DNA of 64,000 nucleotides from Lama glama (taxonomy: Eukaryota), in assembly GCA_028534125.1 (NCBI GenBank), contig CM052818.1, positions 46,874,001 to 46,938,000 on the forward strand. Reading direction: 5' to 3'. This document shows, in pieces, positions 25,203-39,178 of this stretch. The notes under the pieces are model-generated. The model was not told the DNA's origin. It made no database searches and saw nothing but the letters and a program-made list of their open reading frames with translations. Every line of letters begins with the position of its first letter. The first letter of the stretch is position 1. The position numbers were made by a program, and so were the translations under genes.

Positions 25203-25518
25203 CAGGGTTGCCCAACAGAAGTGCAATGTGAGCCACAAGTGTAACTTTAACCTGCATCGCAGCCACATTTTAAAAAGTGGAAAGAAACATGTGAAAATAC
25301 ACTTGAAACTGTGTTTTAGTTAACCCAACATATTAAAAACATCATTTCAACATTTCATCAATAGAAAAACTATTAGCAAGATATTGTTCACTCTTTTTCC
25401 TACTAAATCTTTGAAATCCGGTTGGTATGGTACACTTTACACATCTCAATTCAGACTGGACACATTTCTGGTGATCAATGGTCACATGGGCCAGTAGCTA
25501 CCATATTAGAAAGCACAG
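25203..25518 (-). mobile_element. MER33-like hAT-Charlie element inserted in an L2 3' end
   Basis: Terminal 'cagggttgcccaacagaa' and 'tattagaaagcacag'; internal 'catcatttcaacat...tactaaatctttgaaatccgg...cacatctcaattcagactgg'; 'ctcaag' recurs on both flanks. Confidence 0.8.
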
Positions 25519-25679
25519 TTCTCAAGGACGGGCCCCATTCTATTCATCTCCTCGTCTCTAGTGCCTGCGGAAGAATAGGCCCACAGTAAATACTGAAGAA
25601 CAGATAGGACCACCCTGTTGGGAACAGGTCTCAAACATAGGCACTTGGGAGGTCGACCAGAAAGCCCTGAAGCAGTGTG

Positions 25680-25905
25680 GCCGGTAATTCAGAGTTTGGC
25701 CATGTGGTCACGCCCCTTGGGCGTGGCTTCGTTAGCAGCTGACCCAGATCGAATCATGGAGCCTCTTTATAAAGTTCCTGTTTCCCCATCTGTAAAGAGA
25801 GATAATATCTACCTTACAAGGTGTCAAGTTTACATGGGAAGGTGCACACAAAACGTGGAGTACTCGGCATGCAGTAGGCACTTAAGAAGCAGTAGCTGTA
25901 GTTAT
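25680..25905 (+). mobile_element. MIR SINE
   Basis: 'tttccccatctgtaaagagagataatatctacctta...gtaggcacttaagaagcagtagctgtagttatt'. Confidence 0.65.
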
Positions 25906-28282
25906 TTTAAACTAGGTATTCTGTGACTCACATGGAGGACTTGGATTTCAGTAGCAACAGTATGGTTTGGCCGGAGCAGCACTGGTCCTCCCACAGGGGA
26001 TGGGTTCGTCCTGCTTTGGGAACTAGCCTGGGGGCATCTCACAGCCCTTTATGGTGTTTCTCTTTTTGGCTGAAGCTGGGGAAAGTCACATGCCCACTGT
26101 AAGGCTTGGTAAGCAAGGGCAAATGCCAGATGAGGGTGGCCCTTGCTCCAGCCGTTGCTAACTGTCCATCCCCCCTCCACAGCCTCAGGGTTCCGCTTCC
26201 TCTGGAAACCTGGGGTCAGAGCAGGGTGAGGACCTGGGTGCCCGTTCCCTGCTGTCTGTTGCTCCCACTGGGCCATCCTTATCCTCCTCTGGGCTTCCAC
26301 TGACTTCTTCTCCTCTAAACTGACTGCTTTGAAATACGGTTGTTTTATGCAAAGGAAACAAGTGTTTCATTATTATGCCCTGTTTTGAAAATGAAAAGTG
26401 GGCAAAACAAGCCAGATGCATAGTGACATTAAGAAAAGCAAAGGCTAACTTTATTAAAAAGCTTCTTTGTGGTATCAGGCAGGAAGTAGAACGGCTTTAA
26501 ATGGCAAACATTTCTCAATCGTTTAATGCACCAGTAATCTCAGCATTCTTTTTCTTCTGTCTGTTCCTTCAGGGGGAAAAAATACAGTGCCCAGATATAA
26601 CTCAGACAAGAGAGGGCGAAGTGAGTCAGTGAGCTGTCACAGAGTCCCTTGGAAGGCTGGTCGCCCCTTCAGTGATGCTTCCCGGCTTCCCGGGAGGACC
26701 AAGGATGGATGTGTGTGTAAAGGAAGGTGTGGGTACTGTCAACGGCTGAGCCTGGGGTAACCCACTGACTTTTTGTTTGTACCACTGGCCAACTGAGTCT
26801 CTCAAACCTGTCACCATTGAAAACACCATAAATGTCCATTTCAGACCTTGGTTCATAAGTCTATCTACTGGGGATGGTGAAACCCCATCCTCACATGTAA
26901 CATTTACTCCTCTTGCCAAACGCCATTGTCTTTATTTCTACCACAAGTTAGGCTCTTTGCAGAGAAAATAAGAACACAAAGAAGCATGAACGGCTAAATC
27001 CTTTCTTGAAGGAAAAAAAAAATCGCATTTGTTGAGTACCAGACCAACAGAAACGAAAGGGGAAACCAGAAGATTGGCACCATTGATATAGTCTTGCTTG
27101 GTTGCAGTTTTAAAGACTTATTTATAGAAGTCAAACAGGATATGGCGCATGGGAGGTGTTCAGTAAATACTCTTTAATTGATTAAAACACAGCAATATAT
27201 TTGAAGATCTCGAAGGAAACAGGTATACTTTAAAAAATTTAGCAGTTGGCTTGAATCAGTAACAAAAATGGTGCCAGATGGAAGCACGTTGATTAGGACC
27301 AAAAGCTTGACTGACAGGAAAGCGCTCTCAAATGTCATGATTTTAGGATCTTTCCTAAAAATTCTCAGGATGGGTTTCCCACATTTTCTCATTAACCTTT
27401 GCTCAAGTTCTACAGTGTTGGGGACAGGTGTTCTAACAAGGCACTAAGGCAGGCAGAGGTGTGCTTTCAGGTACGGCTGAAACTCACACTTCTGAACTTT
27501 CAACACCATCCTTTCTTATCCTGGCTCCACCTGCCTCCCTCCAGCAAAATCCCTCTGTTCTTGAACCCCAGAGTGGACAAGCTGGTTCCATCTCCTGGCT
27601 CCTATTCCTGGTGGGGTGCTGGTCCCTGGTAACGTAATTCTTGGTTTAGTGTCCGTCTTTCCCCTGTGATCTCCTCAAGGACGCAGACCCAGTGCCTCCC
27701 ACAGTGTCTGGGAGGCAGTGGTTTAACAGACGCTGTCTGAACGAGTGAAGGGCGATGGATCCCTCGGCGTTCAAACCGTTTGTTCTTGCTGTGTTTTGCG
27801 GTGTGTTTCTTGTCTTGCTTCCTGTCGCTCCCTTTTCTCCCTGAGATTAAAAAACACCAAAAACCAAAAAAAAAAAAAAAAGCAAAAACCCAACAAAGTC
27901 AGACTTCTCACCTTGCAAAAGGTTAGTCCCATTTCTAAAGCCCTTTTGTGAGTTCTTTTGAGAGGCCTGAAATGCTTCCTATATCCCTGGGGAGAGTCCT
28001 AGGTGAGGGGTTGGCAAACGTCGCGAACCAAAAGAACGTGCCCTTGAAGTCACAAGAAAAGGGCATTGTGTCCCTTCTCTTTTAATTTCACTCCCTGTCA
28101 CCGTCCTTAGTCTGGCAGGGAACTAGGTAGCCTGGGAAAGCTTGATCCCCACCCCCCACTTTGTAGCCAGATGGGGTTTTTCCTGCTTCGATTTCCTCGA
28201 AATAATCTGGAAACGGAAAGGGGCTTTAGCAGACCCACAAGCTAGCCGGGGTGCTGGCTCTGTGCTGATTCCAGGTTTCACT

Positions 28283-28436
28283 ATTTTTTGAAATTTATTT
28301 TTTAATGTTTTTTCATTTATTTTGGGGGGGCAGGGGGAGGTAATTAGGTTTATTTATTTTAATGGAGGTACTGGGGATCGAACCCAGGCCCTCATACCCG
28401 CTAAGCGCACACTCTACCGCTGAACTACACCCTCCT
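28283..28436 (-). mobile_element. tRNA-derived camelid SINE (vic-1-like)
   Basis: Reverse complement of the 7001 element: 'gaggtactggggatcgaacccaggccctc...gctaagcgcacactctaccgctgaactacaccctcc', with B-box (GTTCGATCC on minus strand) and T-rich tail. Confidence 0.88.
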
Positions 28437-29284
28437 GCCATGCTGATTTTAGGAAAGTAGTTTTAAAGCCGTGACAGCAAGTTCTCAGGTGAGGCTGCTG
28501 TAGAAATGCCACAAACGACAGCGACTTGCAGAGACCAGCATGACCTCTTTGGCCCACATGTCTCCGGAAAGTGCGCACAGGCCGACGGTCAGATGAAGGT
28601 TCCTCCCTGTTCCCGGCCACCTGCTGGTTCTCCTGCCCGTCGGACCCACGATTCCCTGTTTGATAACCGTCCAACGGTTAAGAGGAAGCATTCGTCATCT
28701 CAGCACCTGGTTTCAGGAACAAAGTTCTCTCCTCCCAGCCGAGTAAGCTATTTCAAAATAACCTTTGTTCAGGGATCTGAAAAAGCTGAGTAACTCAGCA
28801 GCCGGGACTATCCCGCTAGCTGGACTGGGGCAGGCGGGGGGCAGGGATTCGGGGTGAGCAGGGCTTCAGCAGTTGCCAAGGAGACTGTCAATCCTTTAAG
28901 AAAACCTGCTGGGGTGGGGCGGGGCGGGGGTGAGAAACCGCAAGAAAATCATCTGCCTGTTAACAATTCGTTAGCACCCAATGCAGTCAGCAGGCTCCAG
29001 TCTTTGGAGGTTGCTATCTGGGGGCACTTGATTCTGGAAACAGAGAAATGCATCTGATTTGTGAATCAAAATCCTTCAGGGGCCCTTGGAGCCTGACCCT
29101 AATTTTGCGTGTGTGCGTGTGGGGGTGGGGCCGCTCTTTATCAAACTTGCCGCGTGGGGCGCGGATGCAGCACTTGGCGGCTGTAGGATTTGCTGGCGGC
29201 CACTGTGAGGAATCCTCTGCTTAGCAGCCGAGGAGTAGGTCGCCCCAGGTCCGGGCACTCAACAAAGTGACGATGCGGTCAGCC

Positions 29285-29500
29285 CTCCCGTGCTGAGGAC
29301 CTGCCTTGTGCCAAAGGCTTTACCCACCTCGTCTCCACTGGCTCTTCTGACACATTTGTAAGGGGCTGTTGTTAACTCTGTTTTACAGATGAGGAACGAA
29401 GGTCTAAAGAATTGAAAAAAAAAAAAAAAGCACCTCTTTGAGGCCACAGAGCTAACAACTGTCAGAGCAGGGACTTCACACCAGCTGAGTCTCCTGTCCT
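29285..29500 (-). mobile_element. MIR SINE
   Basis: 'gttttacagatgaggaa...gaggccacagagctaac...gagcagggacttcacacca'. Confidence 0.7.
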
Positions 29501-32500
29501 TCCTCGCAGTGCGCCTCTGGGGGAGCTGATGCGGGAACGCCCTCTGCGCCGTGGCTAACAGGCAGTCATGGGGAGGTGCCTCGTCAGCAGCTCCTAAGGC
29601 CCCTGGGGGCACCCTCGTACGCCCTGGTCTCAGTGCCCAGCTCCGTCTCACCTGGGAGCCCCTGGAGGGGGGAAAGAGGTTCTGGACCTCAGGCGTAGGC
29701 CACCTCGGGCTCTGCCACGGGCCAGATGGGTCAGTCTAACCAGCTGCGGACAGCTTGATGTCTGAGGCACAGGGCTCTGACTTTGCTAAAGGTTTTACAG
29801 CAGAACCTCCACAAAGAGAACCACACCACACTCCGGTAGTTTTCCTGAAGGCTCAACAGATTTTAAGTCTAGGAAGTCAGGCACTGCTGTTTGAGTCTGA
29901 GCGTTCTGCCGCGACCGGGGGTGTGTCCAGCTGCCTTGCGGAAGTGACCCAGACCGCCCTGGAGCTGTCACTGCCTCGTGAGGGCTGGGTCTCTTGACAA
30001 GGGCTTTTTTTTTTCTTATAGGGAAGACTCCAGACTCCATGGACAGACTCCTTTCCACCAACCATTTGTCTTCTTGTGCCTCTTTCCAAGGGTTTAGATC
30101 CAGCCCTGTCCCGTGTCCCTAAGGAAAGGCTGTCTTATAAGAAGGAGAGAGGCAAAGCCAGAGGCCTCCTGCTTCCTCAGCTCCTTACAACACCCAACGA
30201 CATGTGTGGCCGTCGAGGGCCTCTTTTCTTCTCGAAGCACAAGTGACAACACTGGGGGAGGGGCTGTGGCTGCTGTGGGGGCACCAGGCAAATCCAGCTC
30301 TTACACATCTGCCAAAGGCGCATCTGCACATCTGTGGTGCAACACTAAGGCACAGGGCGTGCGGAGCACGTGCCACCAAGCAGAGTTTCCACAAATGGTG
30401 GTGGTGGTTGTTATCATTGGAACAATCTTAATGTCTAAACCTCAACTTCCTAAGTCCTTTCTGAGCTCAGAAGCATTGGAAGGGGTCAGCTCCAGGGGCC
30501 TCTTCCTCCTCACCTCAGCTGGGAACGGTCTGTCTGTTTCTTCAGCAGCTCTTGGCTAGTTTGGCCACAGAATCCATCTAATAGCCACCATGTGACAGTG
30601 CTCCGTAGAGACCAGGTCTGACCTGCTGCTAGATTGGCGCGCACAGAGATTAAGGGCTCAGGACCACAGGTCAGTAGATGTGGAGCTGGGATTTGAACGC
30701 GGACCCATATTCCTTATCCCAGGGAAATGGGAAAAACAGCATTATCCACTAAGCTTTAGGAACTCCCAGGAGGTGTAATCTCTTGCTTTTGCTTGAAGGT
30801 GGGGACCAGCTGGTCACGGGAGCAGGACGTGCCTCCTTGTCTCCAGCACATGGTATCTTTGATAAGAAACCCCCGGCTTGTCGTCTTCCCGATCGGGGGG
30901 GCCTGCTCAGTTCGGAGCATCCCCTGGAGACATGGGTGTCCTGATCAAGGGGACAGCCGTGGAGGAAGTGCTCAGAAGGCGCTGGGTGAGCAGGAAGTGG
31001 GAGCAGTTTCTAGCACAGAGGATGTGGCTCATGACAAGGTATGAGAAATGAAAGTGGAGGAGGAAGTGAAGTGGGATCTGTAGGTGCCTCGAGGACAAGG
31101 AAGTGGCTTTGTCGCCAAAGGTGGAAGCAGAGCGCAGCAGCAGGCTGAGGCCTGAGCTGGGGCGGGAGCTGCTCCTCCCCTTGTCTGCTCTGCAGGAGGC
31201 AGGACTTGGGAACAGCGGGGTGGGGGGTCATCGTCTGCTGTATGGGGATTCTTTCAGGAATGACTATGGAGGAGAAACTTCACTCCTGAAGGCAATGAAG
31301 CAACGAGTTCAAAGAGGCTGAGCTGGCTGACTGGAGTCTGTGTTTTAGTTCTCTGGCCCCGGGAGGTCCTAGGAGAGGGGCTGCTTTCCTGGGAGCCGCA
31401 CCAGGGAGGAGCCCCGGTTGCTCTGGAGCCTGAGATGGCTCAGAAGGTCTACGGCCCATGGAGCACCAGTGATGCCCTGGAGTTTACAGACGGTGGCGAA
31501 TTTCATCCTCACAATAATAACTCCGAGAAGGGGGCAAACGCTGTTACCGATGTTCAGAATCACAGTCTAGGTAATTTGTCCAAGAGTCGAGTTTCTCTGG
31601 CAAGTTGGTTTCAGCCAGGTCTCTCTGCTACCAGAATCAGGATCCTTTTGACCAAGCTGAAAATCAGTCACATCCAGGTCTGGCTTAGAAAATTCTCTCC
31701 CCTGCATATGAACAAGGAGCAGAACCAGGGATCATCTGGGGATCAAGGGGCCCTTTGAAAATCAGATGAAAGCGAGTACATATGCCTTCGCTTTTCGGGG
31801 TTGAGGGCCCTCTAAAGTGCGTCCGTAAGGCTCTCCATGTCCACAGACCCAGTTCAGGAACTCCTGAGATAAGGAGCCCAGAAAAAGCCAGAAAACAAAG
31901 ACCCCTTAATGGAAATAGATTTAAAAGTCGAGCTGTCAGTCTAGCAGACACATTCTGAACTTGTTGCCTTGAATGAAACAAGGTTAAACAGACACAGTTG
32001 TGCCCCTCACATGATACACATTCTTCTTGTTCATAAGCACCTGGGAAAATGGACAATTCATTTGAACATTCTACAGGGATATGTTTGTTCCTACCATAAA
32101 AGCCAAAGCATAACATAACGTAATAATCCATAAGAAAGCTTATCTGTAGCACCACTTCCTTTTCCTGTCTTACTCGGGTATCTCACGCACAAGGCTGTCA
32201 TCCCTTCTTCTGAGCTGTTTAGGGATGACTTCCGGGCGATCATCCAGCTCCATTTTGCAAGATCGTTATAGTGATCCTAAGAGGACTTGCATCTCATTGG
32301 AATGTAGTTCCTTGTATATGTTTTACTAAATTTGTTATTTACTTTAGACCACTTTTGAATAACACTTAAAAATGCTCAGGTGCAGAGGGCCATGCGCTAT
32401 CAGAGATGGGAGCTGTATCAGATGGGGAAACAGCAAAGTAAGAGGGTTGGGGCTGGATGGTCTCTGACAGTTTCAAGGCTACCCGTTGAGTTGGTGGCAG

Positions 32501-34399
32501 AGCTGGGACTAGAACCCTCCTGTTCCGACTTCTTCCAAGGCTCGGTTCATTGCAACCCGTCTGTCAGACCTACAGACACTCAGCGCGTATCTGTTCGATG
32601 TGTGGCTGGATGGAATTCTCCTCTGACCTGACTTTTTCTTCCCTTCTGTTCTAAAGTCCTGGCAGGGAGGGAATCTTTGCTTACACGAGGGAAGGCACAG
32701 AGGCTTTGCTAGCAAAGAGATCCTGTACTCATGATGAAGGCCATGGCCATGGTCAGAGAAAGGTACACTGGGCCAGGACGTAGGGTAGGACTACCTCTGC
32801 CTCTGGGGGTGAGGCAGAAATAATGGGCAGCAGCACCCCAAGGACTCTGGGGAGCAGCTCTAGGATGGGGTGGTGTCCCTGGGGGCCAGAAAGGTCCAGA
32901 GGCATGTGGGGCAGGGAGAGGAGGCCAGTGGACCCCAGAGGAAAGGACTCCCAGGTGCTCCTTGAAGGAGACCCTGTTGATTAAAAGGTGAGTGATGGGA
33001 GGAAGGAAGCAATGTGGCTTGGTGTGTGGTGCCTCTGTGTGTGTTTGGGTCCATCTGGGATGGAGCAGAGAGCTTAGCTGTCACGTGTGAAGTGCCTCCG
33101 TGAGCACACTTTGGACCAGGCACTGTGGGAAGTGATGCAGGAGCAGAAGTCAGGGGCTCCACTTTCAAGTTTCTAACCTCAGAGGTTGATGTGCTCAGGC
33201 ACCAAACTGAGCCGCTTAACCTTCAGCACTTGGTACTTTCAGACATTTTCCCCTTTCAACTGGATTAAAACCAGGCTTGAAATTCAGTTCATGGAATTGC
33301 TACCTGGGCAACCTTGGATAAGTGAGTTCCTTAACTTTTTGAGCTTCAGTTTCCTTGCTGACCAAATGGATCTTCTTCCTGTCTCCGAGAAATTAGAAAT
33401 CACCCACTCTAAAAGTGAAGTTGGAATTCAAATTCGAGAAGCAAAAGAACCTGGCTCCAGTCCGATCCCAGCGTGATCCTGTCCAAAGAAAGCGTGTGTG
33501 TTTCCGGAGGAGAACTGGCTGTTTTGGAAGCAGACGGGAGGGACTTGGGGACAGACACTGATGTCACCGCCTGCAGGGTGAGTGTCCCACCTGAGCCTGT
33601 CACGTCCAGCGCTGACAGTGCCTTGTTACGGAAACAAGTACGCCCCACGTCAGGATACATTCAAATCAGGACAGATTCAGCTCTCCCTGCTCTGGCTCCA
33701 AGCTCTCCAAGCAAACTCCTAGTTATAATTTGCCTTCCCGGGTAATTTGCCTACAAAGGGTGAGTGTTTGGCCATAGGAAGTGAGTGCTGGTGCCCTGGC
33801 AGTCGCATTTTGTTCTAACAATAAATGAATACATTGGCGCTCTGGTTTCTGTGCTTTGGTTTCCTGTGGGTTGGTGAGCATGAGTCAGCATCGTTCTCAC
33901 ACGCAGCTCTGACCCCCAGTGCTGCGCGCCCCCGTCCTTCCACCAACCCCAGGCCGCCCTCTTTCCTCCCAGCTGCTGCCTCTGCCCCTCTTCGCTGACC
34001 ACACGAGGGCTCAGAACCAATCTGAGTTCCCACGGGATGGTCTGGGCCTTGGCCCGGCCCCAACAGCTGCACCCCACTGGAGTTCAAGAGAAGGGACTGT
34101 GCCCGCAACTGGAGCCCAAGGCCTACTGGCACTTGAAATGCTAATGGAGTGAATGAATGACTTAATGCCTGTACTTATGTAGAAAGATAATAGAGAACAA
34201 TGCTCTCTCATTTGCAGGGGTGGGAGGGTCTGTATCTGAAGTCAGTGGAAGGAGCATTGGGGGGGTGGTATGTGGGTTTTAGACTTGGCTCTTCCTCTGA
34301 CATTCTGTGTGCACGTGGGAACATCATTATTTGTAAAATGAAGCCGTCGGAGTCGGGACCTTTGTGTTATAGATGGGAAGGTACAATATCCCACGTCTT

Positions 34400-36545
34400 T
34401 AGTTAATATTAATCTATAAATGCAGTTCATGGAACTTCGGTAGAGAATCCTAAAATTCACTTGCAAGTGTAAAGGACCAACAAGAGACAAGATGATTTTA
34501 ATGGAAAAGAGTATGATGTGGGACTTGCCCTCTAACTATTAACACTTATCGAAAAGCTTGAATTAAAAGTAGTGAGGCAAGGACAGAAAGTGAATCGATG
34601 GAACAAACCAGAAAACCCAGAAATTGATCCATATGGAAAGTTGGTCTAGGATGCAGACAGAATTACAAATTAGTGGGGAATGTATGGAGTGAGGGATGTT
34701 TGCTGTTTGGAACATTTGGTTATCCATATGGGGAAAAAATGTTAAATTAGATCTTTACCTCACAGCATATGAGGAGGTCAATCCAGGTAGATTAAAGACT
34801 GATATGGGAAATGTGGAAATACAGGAGAGTATCTTCTAACGCTGGGATGGGAAAACACATTAAATTAGATACGGGAAGCAAAAGCCATAAAGGAAAGATT
34901 CATAAATTTGGTATTATATTAAAATTGTGTACAATAAAGACAAAGAAAACCATGTACTGGGGGAAGATATTTGTGACAAATATTACCAGTAAAGATAAGT
35001 GTTAGAAATATAGAAATAGGAAAACAGTATGACAGTGCCTAAAAAAACTAAACATAGAATTATCATATGATCCAGCAACTCCATTTCTGGGTATATATCC
35101 AAAATACTTGAAAGCAAGGACTCAAATGTATATTTGTATACTGGTGTTCACCAGAGCATAATATCCAAAAGGTGGAAGCAATCCAAACATCTGTCAATGG
35201 ATTAATGGATAAGCAAAATATGGTATTTAGATACAATGGAATATTATTTAGCCTTAGAAAGAAAGGAAACTCTGACACATGCTACATTGCAGATGAACCC
35301 TGAAGACAGTATGCTAAATGAAGCAAGTCAGTCACAAAGGGACAAATATTGTATGACTTCACTGACATGAGGTACCCAGAGTTGTTGAATTCATAGACAC
35401 AGAAAGTAGGATGGTGGTTGCCAGGGGCTGGGGGGAGGGGGATAGAGAATTTTGGTTTAGGAAGATAAAGAAGTTCTGGAGATGGATGGTGGTAATGGTG
35501 GCATCACCATATACTTAATGGCACTGAATTGTACACTTAAAAGTGGTTAAAATGGTAAGTTTTATGTTGTGTGTATTTCACCACAACCACACAAAAAAAT
35601 AAATACGTACTGATATATGTCACAACATGGATGAACCTCGAAATTTGCTAAGTGAAAGAAACCAGTTACAAAAAAGCATATGTTGTGTGATTGCATTTAT
35701 ATGAACCAGGCAAACCTAGAGGGACAGAGAAAGGATTAGTGGCTGCCTTGGGCTGGGGGAAATCAGGAGACAGGGGGGTGATGGCTAAAGTGTACAGAGT
35801 TTTTTTGGGGGAGGGTAATGAAATTTAGTACCCCCCCAACCAAGAAATTTAAAATTTCTCAAACTCTAGAAATTGATTCTAGAATTGATGGTAGTGATGG
35901 ATACACAAAGTGACTCTACTAAAAGGCAATAAATTATACACCTTAAGTGAGTGGATTGTACAGCATGTGACTTGCATCTCAATAGGGACATTACCACAAA
36001 GGCAACAAGTGTGGAACAACGTGGTGATATCTGGCCAATGTGGAGAGATACGCACTTCGGCTCTGCAATTCTACATCCGGGGACACACACTACGGACCTT
36101 CTCACTCCCGTGCCTGAGGAGTTATGTGCTGAGACACCAACGCAGTGATTTTTTGTAATAGCGAAACTTGGAAACATCCTTAACGTCTACCCCAGGCTAA
36201 GGAATAAGCAAATTGCCATAAATTCAAACAGTGGAATACAATTCAGCAGCTAAATGTACTGTGGGGGACTGTCTTAATATGGATAAGCTTTTCAAATAAA
36301 ATATTGAGTCAAGAAAGCTAGTTTTTGAAAGATAAGTAGCACGTGCCACTTATATAAACAGGCAAAACAGTATTCGCATCGAGACAAAGGGCTTCACGTA
36401 TCTCCGTGTTTTTTCTAAAATGACAGGCCTGAAGGAAATATGCCACCATATTAAGAATTATCAGGCCTCAGATATTTCAGTGGGTATTTGTTGTATTATT
36501 TATGTAATTTTCTGCATGCTTGAATATTCCACAATTCAAAAAACA
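34400..36545 (+). mobile_element. Stack of old L1 fragments (L1ME-like host with L1MB-like 3' ends inside)
   Basis: ORF2-like start ('atcctaaaattcacttg...aaaggaccaa...gatggaacaaaccagaaaacccagaaattgatcca'), a complete L1MB-like 3' end at ~35018-35600 ('tatgatccagcaactccatttctgggtatatatcc...gttctggagatggatggtggtaatgg'), a second 3' end at ~35600-35985, then more diverged L1. Confidence 0.8.
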
Positions 36546-37053
36546 TTATAGAGACACATAAATTGCCATAGGATAGAAGTCACGTACATATTCACGTAGT
36601 TTGGAAAGTACACGCTGTGTACATTTCATTCACGGTGACCCAGCTAGCTAGGAAGTCTGCGTGGGGACAGAGGAAGAGTTGAGAGTCACCCGATACAACT
36701 AGTCAGTGGGAAACACTGATCCATCGTCCCCCGTGCGAGCAGCACAAGGGCGTGTCCTGGGCCCAGCTCACCTGATTCCTCACCCTTGGCACAGGGCGTG
36801 GCACAAATGGCTGCTGATGGGTGAGCTGTCACCAAAAGACACTCAAATAGGAAATGCTGACTCTACCCGGAAGCACCGATTGGGGTTTAGAGAGATGAAG
36901 ACGTTGTAAAAGTCAGCGGGCTCTGTCTCTAGGTCACAAAGCTAAGCTGCTAAGATATCCAGCCTAGGACCACTGTTCCAGACTAAAGTGTCGTTACTAC
37001 ATGTCCCGGGACCACCTTAGTAGGGTCACTTACTCTTGTGGAAGAAACTTCTC

Positions 37054-37560
37054 TTTTTTTTTTTTTAAATAAAAATTATATGTATTTGAGGTGTAGAATA
37101 TGATGATTTGACACACATATATATAGTGACATGATTACTACACTCAAGCTAATTAACACATCCTCTTCCCAGGGGCACCATATTTCTTTGTGATGAGAGC
37201 ACCTGAACTCTCTTCTCTTAGCGAACGTCCAGTGATCAGCACAGTGTTACCAGCTGTGTTCACTGTGCTGTGTGTTCCCGCTCTAGACGTTTACCCTATA
37301 CAACTACAACCTTGTCCCTTTTGACTAACACCTCCCCACTTCTCCTACTTGCTTACCCTGTAAACACTTCTGCTCTCTGATTCCCTGCATTTAATTTTGT
37401 TAGATTGCACATATAAGTGCATGTAGTTTTATTCTCTCTGTGTTCGGCTTATTTCACTTAGCATGATGTCCTCCAGGGTCATCCATGTTGTTGCAAATGG
37501 CAGGATCTCCTTTTTTTAAAGGCTGAATAACGTGTATATATGTTTATATGTACATTTCAT
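37054..37560 (-). mobile_element. L1MA-type 3' end
   Basis: PolyT, then 'atatgatgatttga...caagctaattaacacatcc...ggcttatttcacttagcatgatgtcctccagggtcatccatgttgttgcaaatggcaggatctcc'. Confidence 0.85.
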
Positions 37561-38777
37561 TCTTGAAAGATACTTCTTATCCATGGGTGCCACTGTAACC
37601 TCTCTGATGTGTGACTGTCAATAACTGCAATAAAGCAATGCTCATCAAGATGCCATCTGCATCCCTTTCTTAAAAATGAAAAAAAAAAAAACAACACCAA
37701 ACCCTTATTCCTTTCAGGCAAGTTTATCAAGTAGGCAGGAATGAGGGCCCCTGCTAGGCTGAGCTGAGGTCCTGGGCTTTAATTGAAACTGGCAGAAAAG
37801 AAGAATGACTGCTTCTATTTTGCTGATGTGAATTCTCTTCCTGCTGTGGGCAGAGGGCAGCTGATGCTTACAGAAATGAGAGATGAGAGCCAGTTTTGTA
37901 GGCAGAGTCCCTGTGTGCGACAATAAGTGAAGAAAGAACAATAGTTTTCCTCTTCAAACTAAATTATTTGATTTTTCCCGCATGAGCATTGCTCGAAGCC
38001 TGCTACACATACCGTCAGTGAGCCCAGGGCCGTCTCACTGCTGGTTCACCAGAATCTTCCAGTCCTGGTCTCAACTGAGTGCAGGAGCCCCGGGAAAGCC
38101 TGCAGCGCCCTTTACTGAAAGCCCCCACCTCTGTGCAGAGGAAGGAGTGGAGCAGTCATTGCCTTAGTCACTGAGGAGTTATGTGCTGAAGCCTTAGACG
38201 GCTTCAAACGATGACTGAGAATATGTTCATTTTAATGCAGAAAATCTGAAAACAGTGCCCAATCAGTTGGGTGGGGAAGAGTGTGATATTATTTTAATAA
38301 TATGGACTTTATGCAAAAATTTGCTCTCATCGAGTAATAAGGACAAGTGAAAGTTTTAATGTGTATTTATTGAGCACACAGTACTCGCAGTGTGTGAGTT
38401 CTAAGGCAACACAGATGCAGACTGCCTTTTCCTTTCAGTTCACTGAAAGCTGAGTCCTTTTTTCATCATGTCTGTCGGGCTGAACAATTAAATTGGTTCT
38501 AAATTGAAATTAGAATGTCTAAGTGCTCAGCCCAAGTGTATTAGAAAAATTACCTTGGTAGAACACTTACTTCCTGTTGAAATGCTTCTGGGAAAATGGT
38601 TTCTTTAAATTGGCTTTGCGGAGTCTTTGAAAATATCCTCAGTTGGGCAAAAGCTTTATTTTAAGAAGGTCACACATCTTCTCTTGGCTTTCATTCTCAT
38701 CAGTGGAGGGAGTGATATACGGCAGAATATGAGAGTAGACTTTACTGTTTAATTTTAAAATACTTTGGGTAAAATAT

Positions 38778-39178
38778 TAAGGTGGGAAGCCCCATGAAAA
38801 GACTGGCAGGACCCCCAGGCAAGGCCACTATCTCACTTTTGTGCTTCTGTAAAATGGCTTGCTTCTAGGAAATCTGAACTTACCCCTAAGATTCTATTGG
38901 TTCCCTAAGCTCACTCCTGATTGGTCCATTTCTAAAATGCTCATTCCTGATTGGTCCACTTTGTTACACCTTATTTGCATATGATGTTGCAAAGTCTAGA
39001 CTGACAGCCTATAAAAGCCTGTGGAAGCATACAGACGTGGTCCAGAGCTTGGAGTGTTAACTCCTCTGGGCCCCTGGCTATAATAAACCTGAGTTCTCCA
39101 AGCTTCCGAGTGCTTCTTGGTCTCTCGCCAGGATCCAGGTTGCTATCACACTAAGCTGTAACGTACTTTGCTGCAACA
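38778..39178 (+). mobile_element. ERV1-like solo LTR (401 bp)
   Basis: 4-bp TSD ATAT (38774-38777, 39179-39182); ends TA(for TG)...CA. ATTGG x3 (38896, 38920, 38950), octamer ATTTGCAT (38973-38980), TATAAAA (39010-39016), AATAAA (39082-39087) in U3-R-U5 order. Confidence 0.85.
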
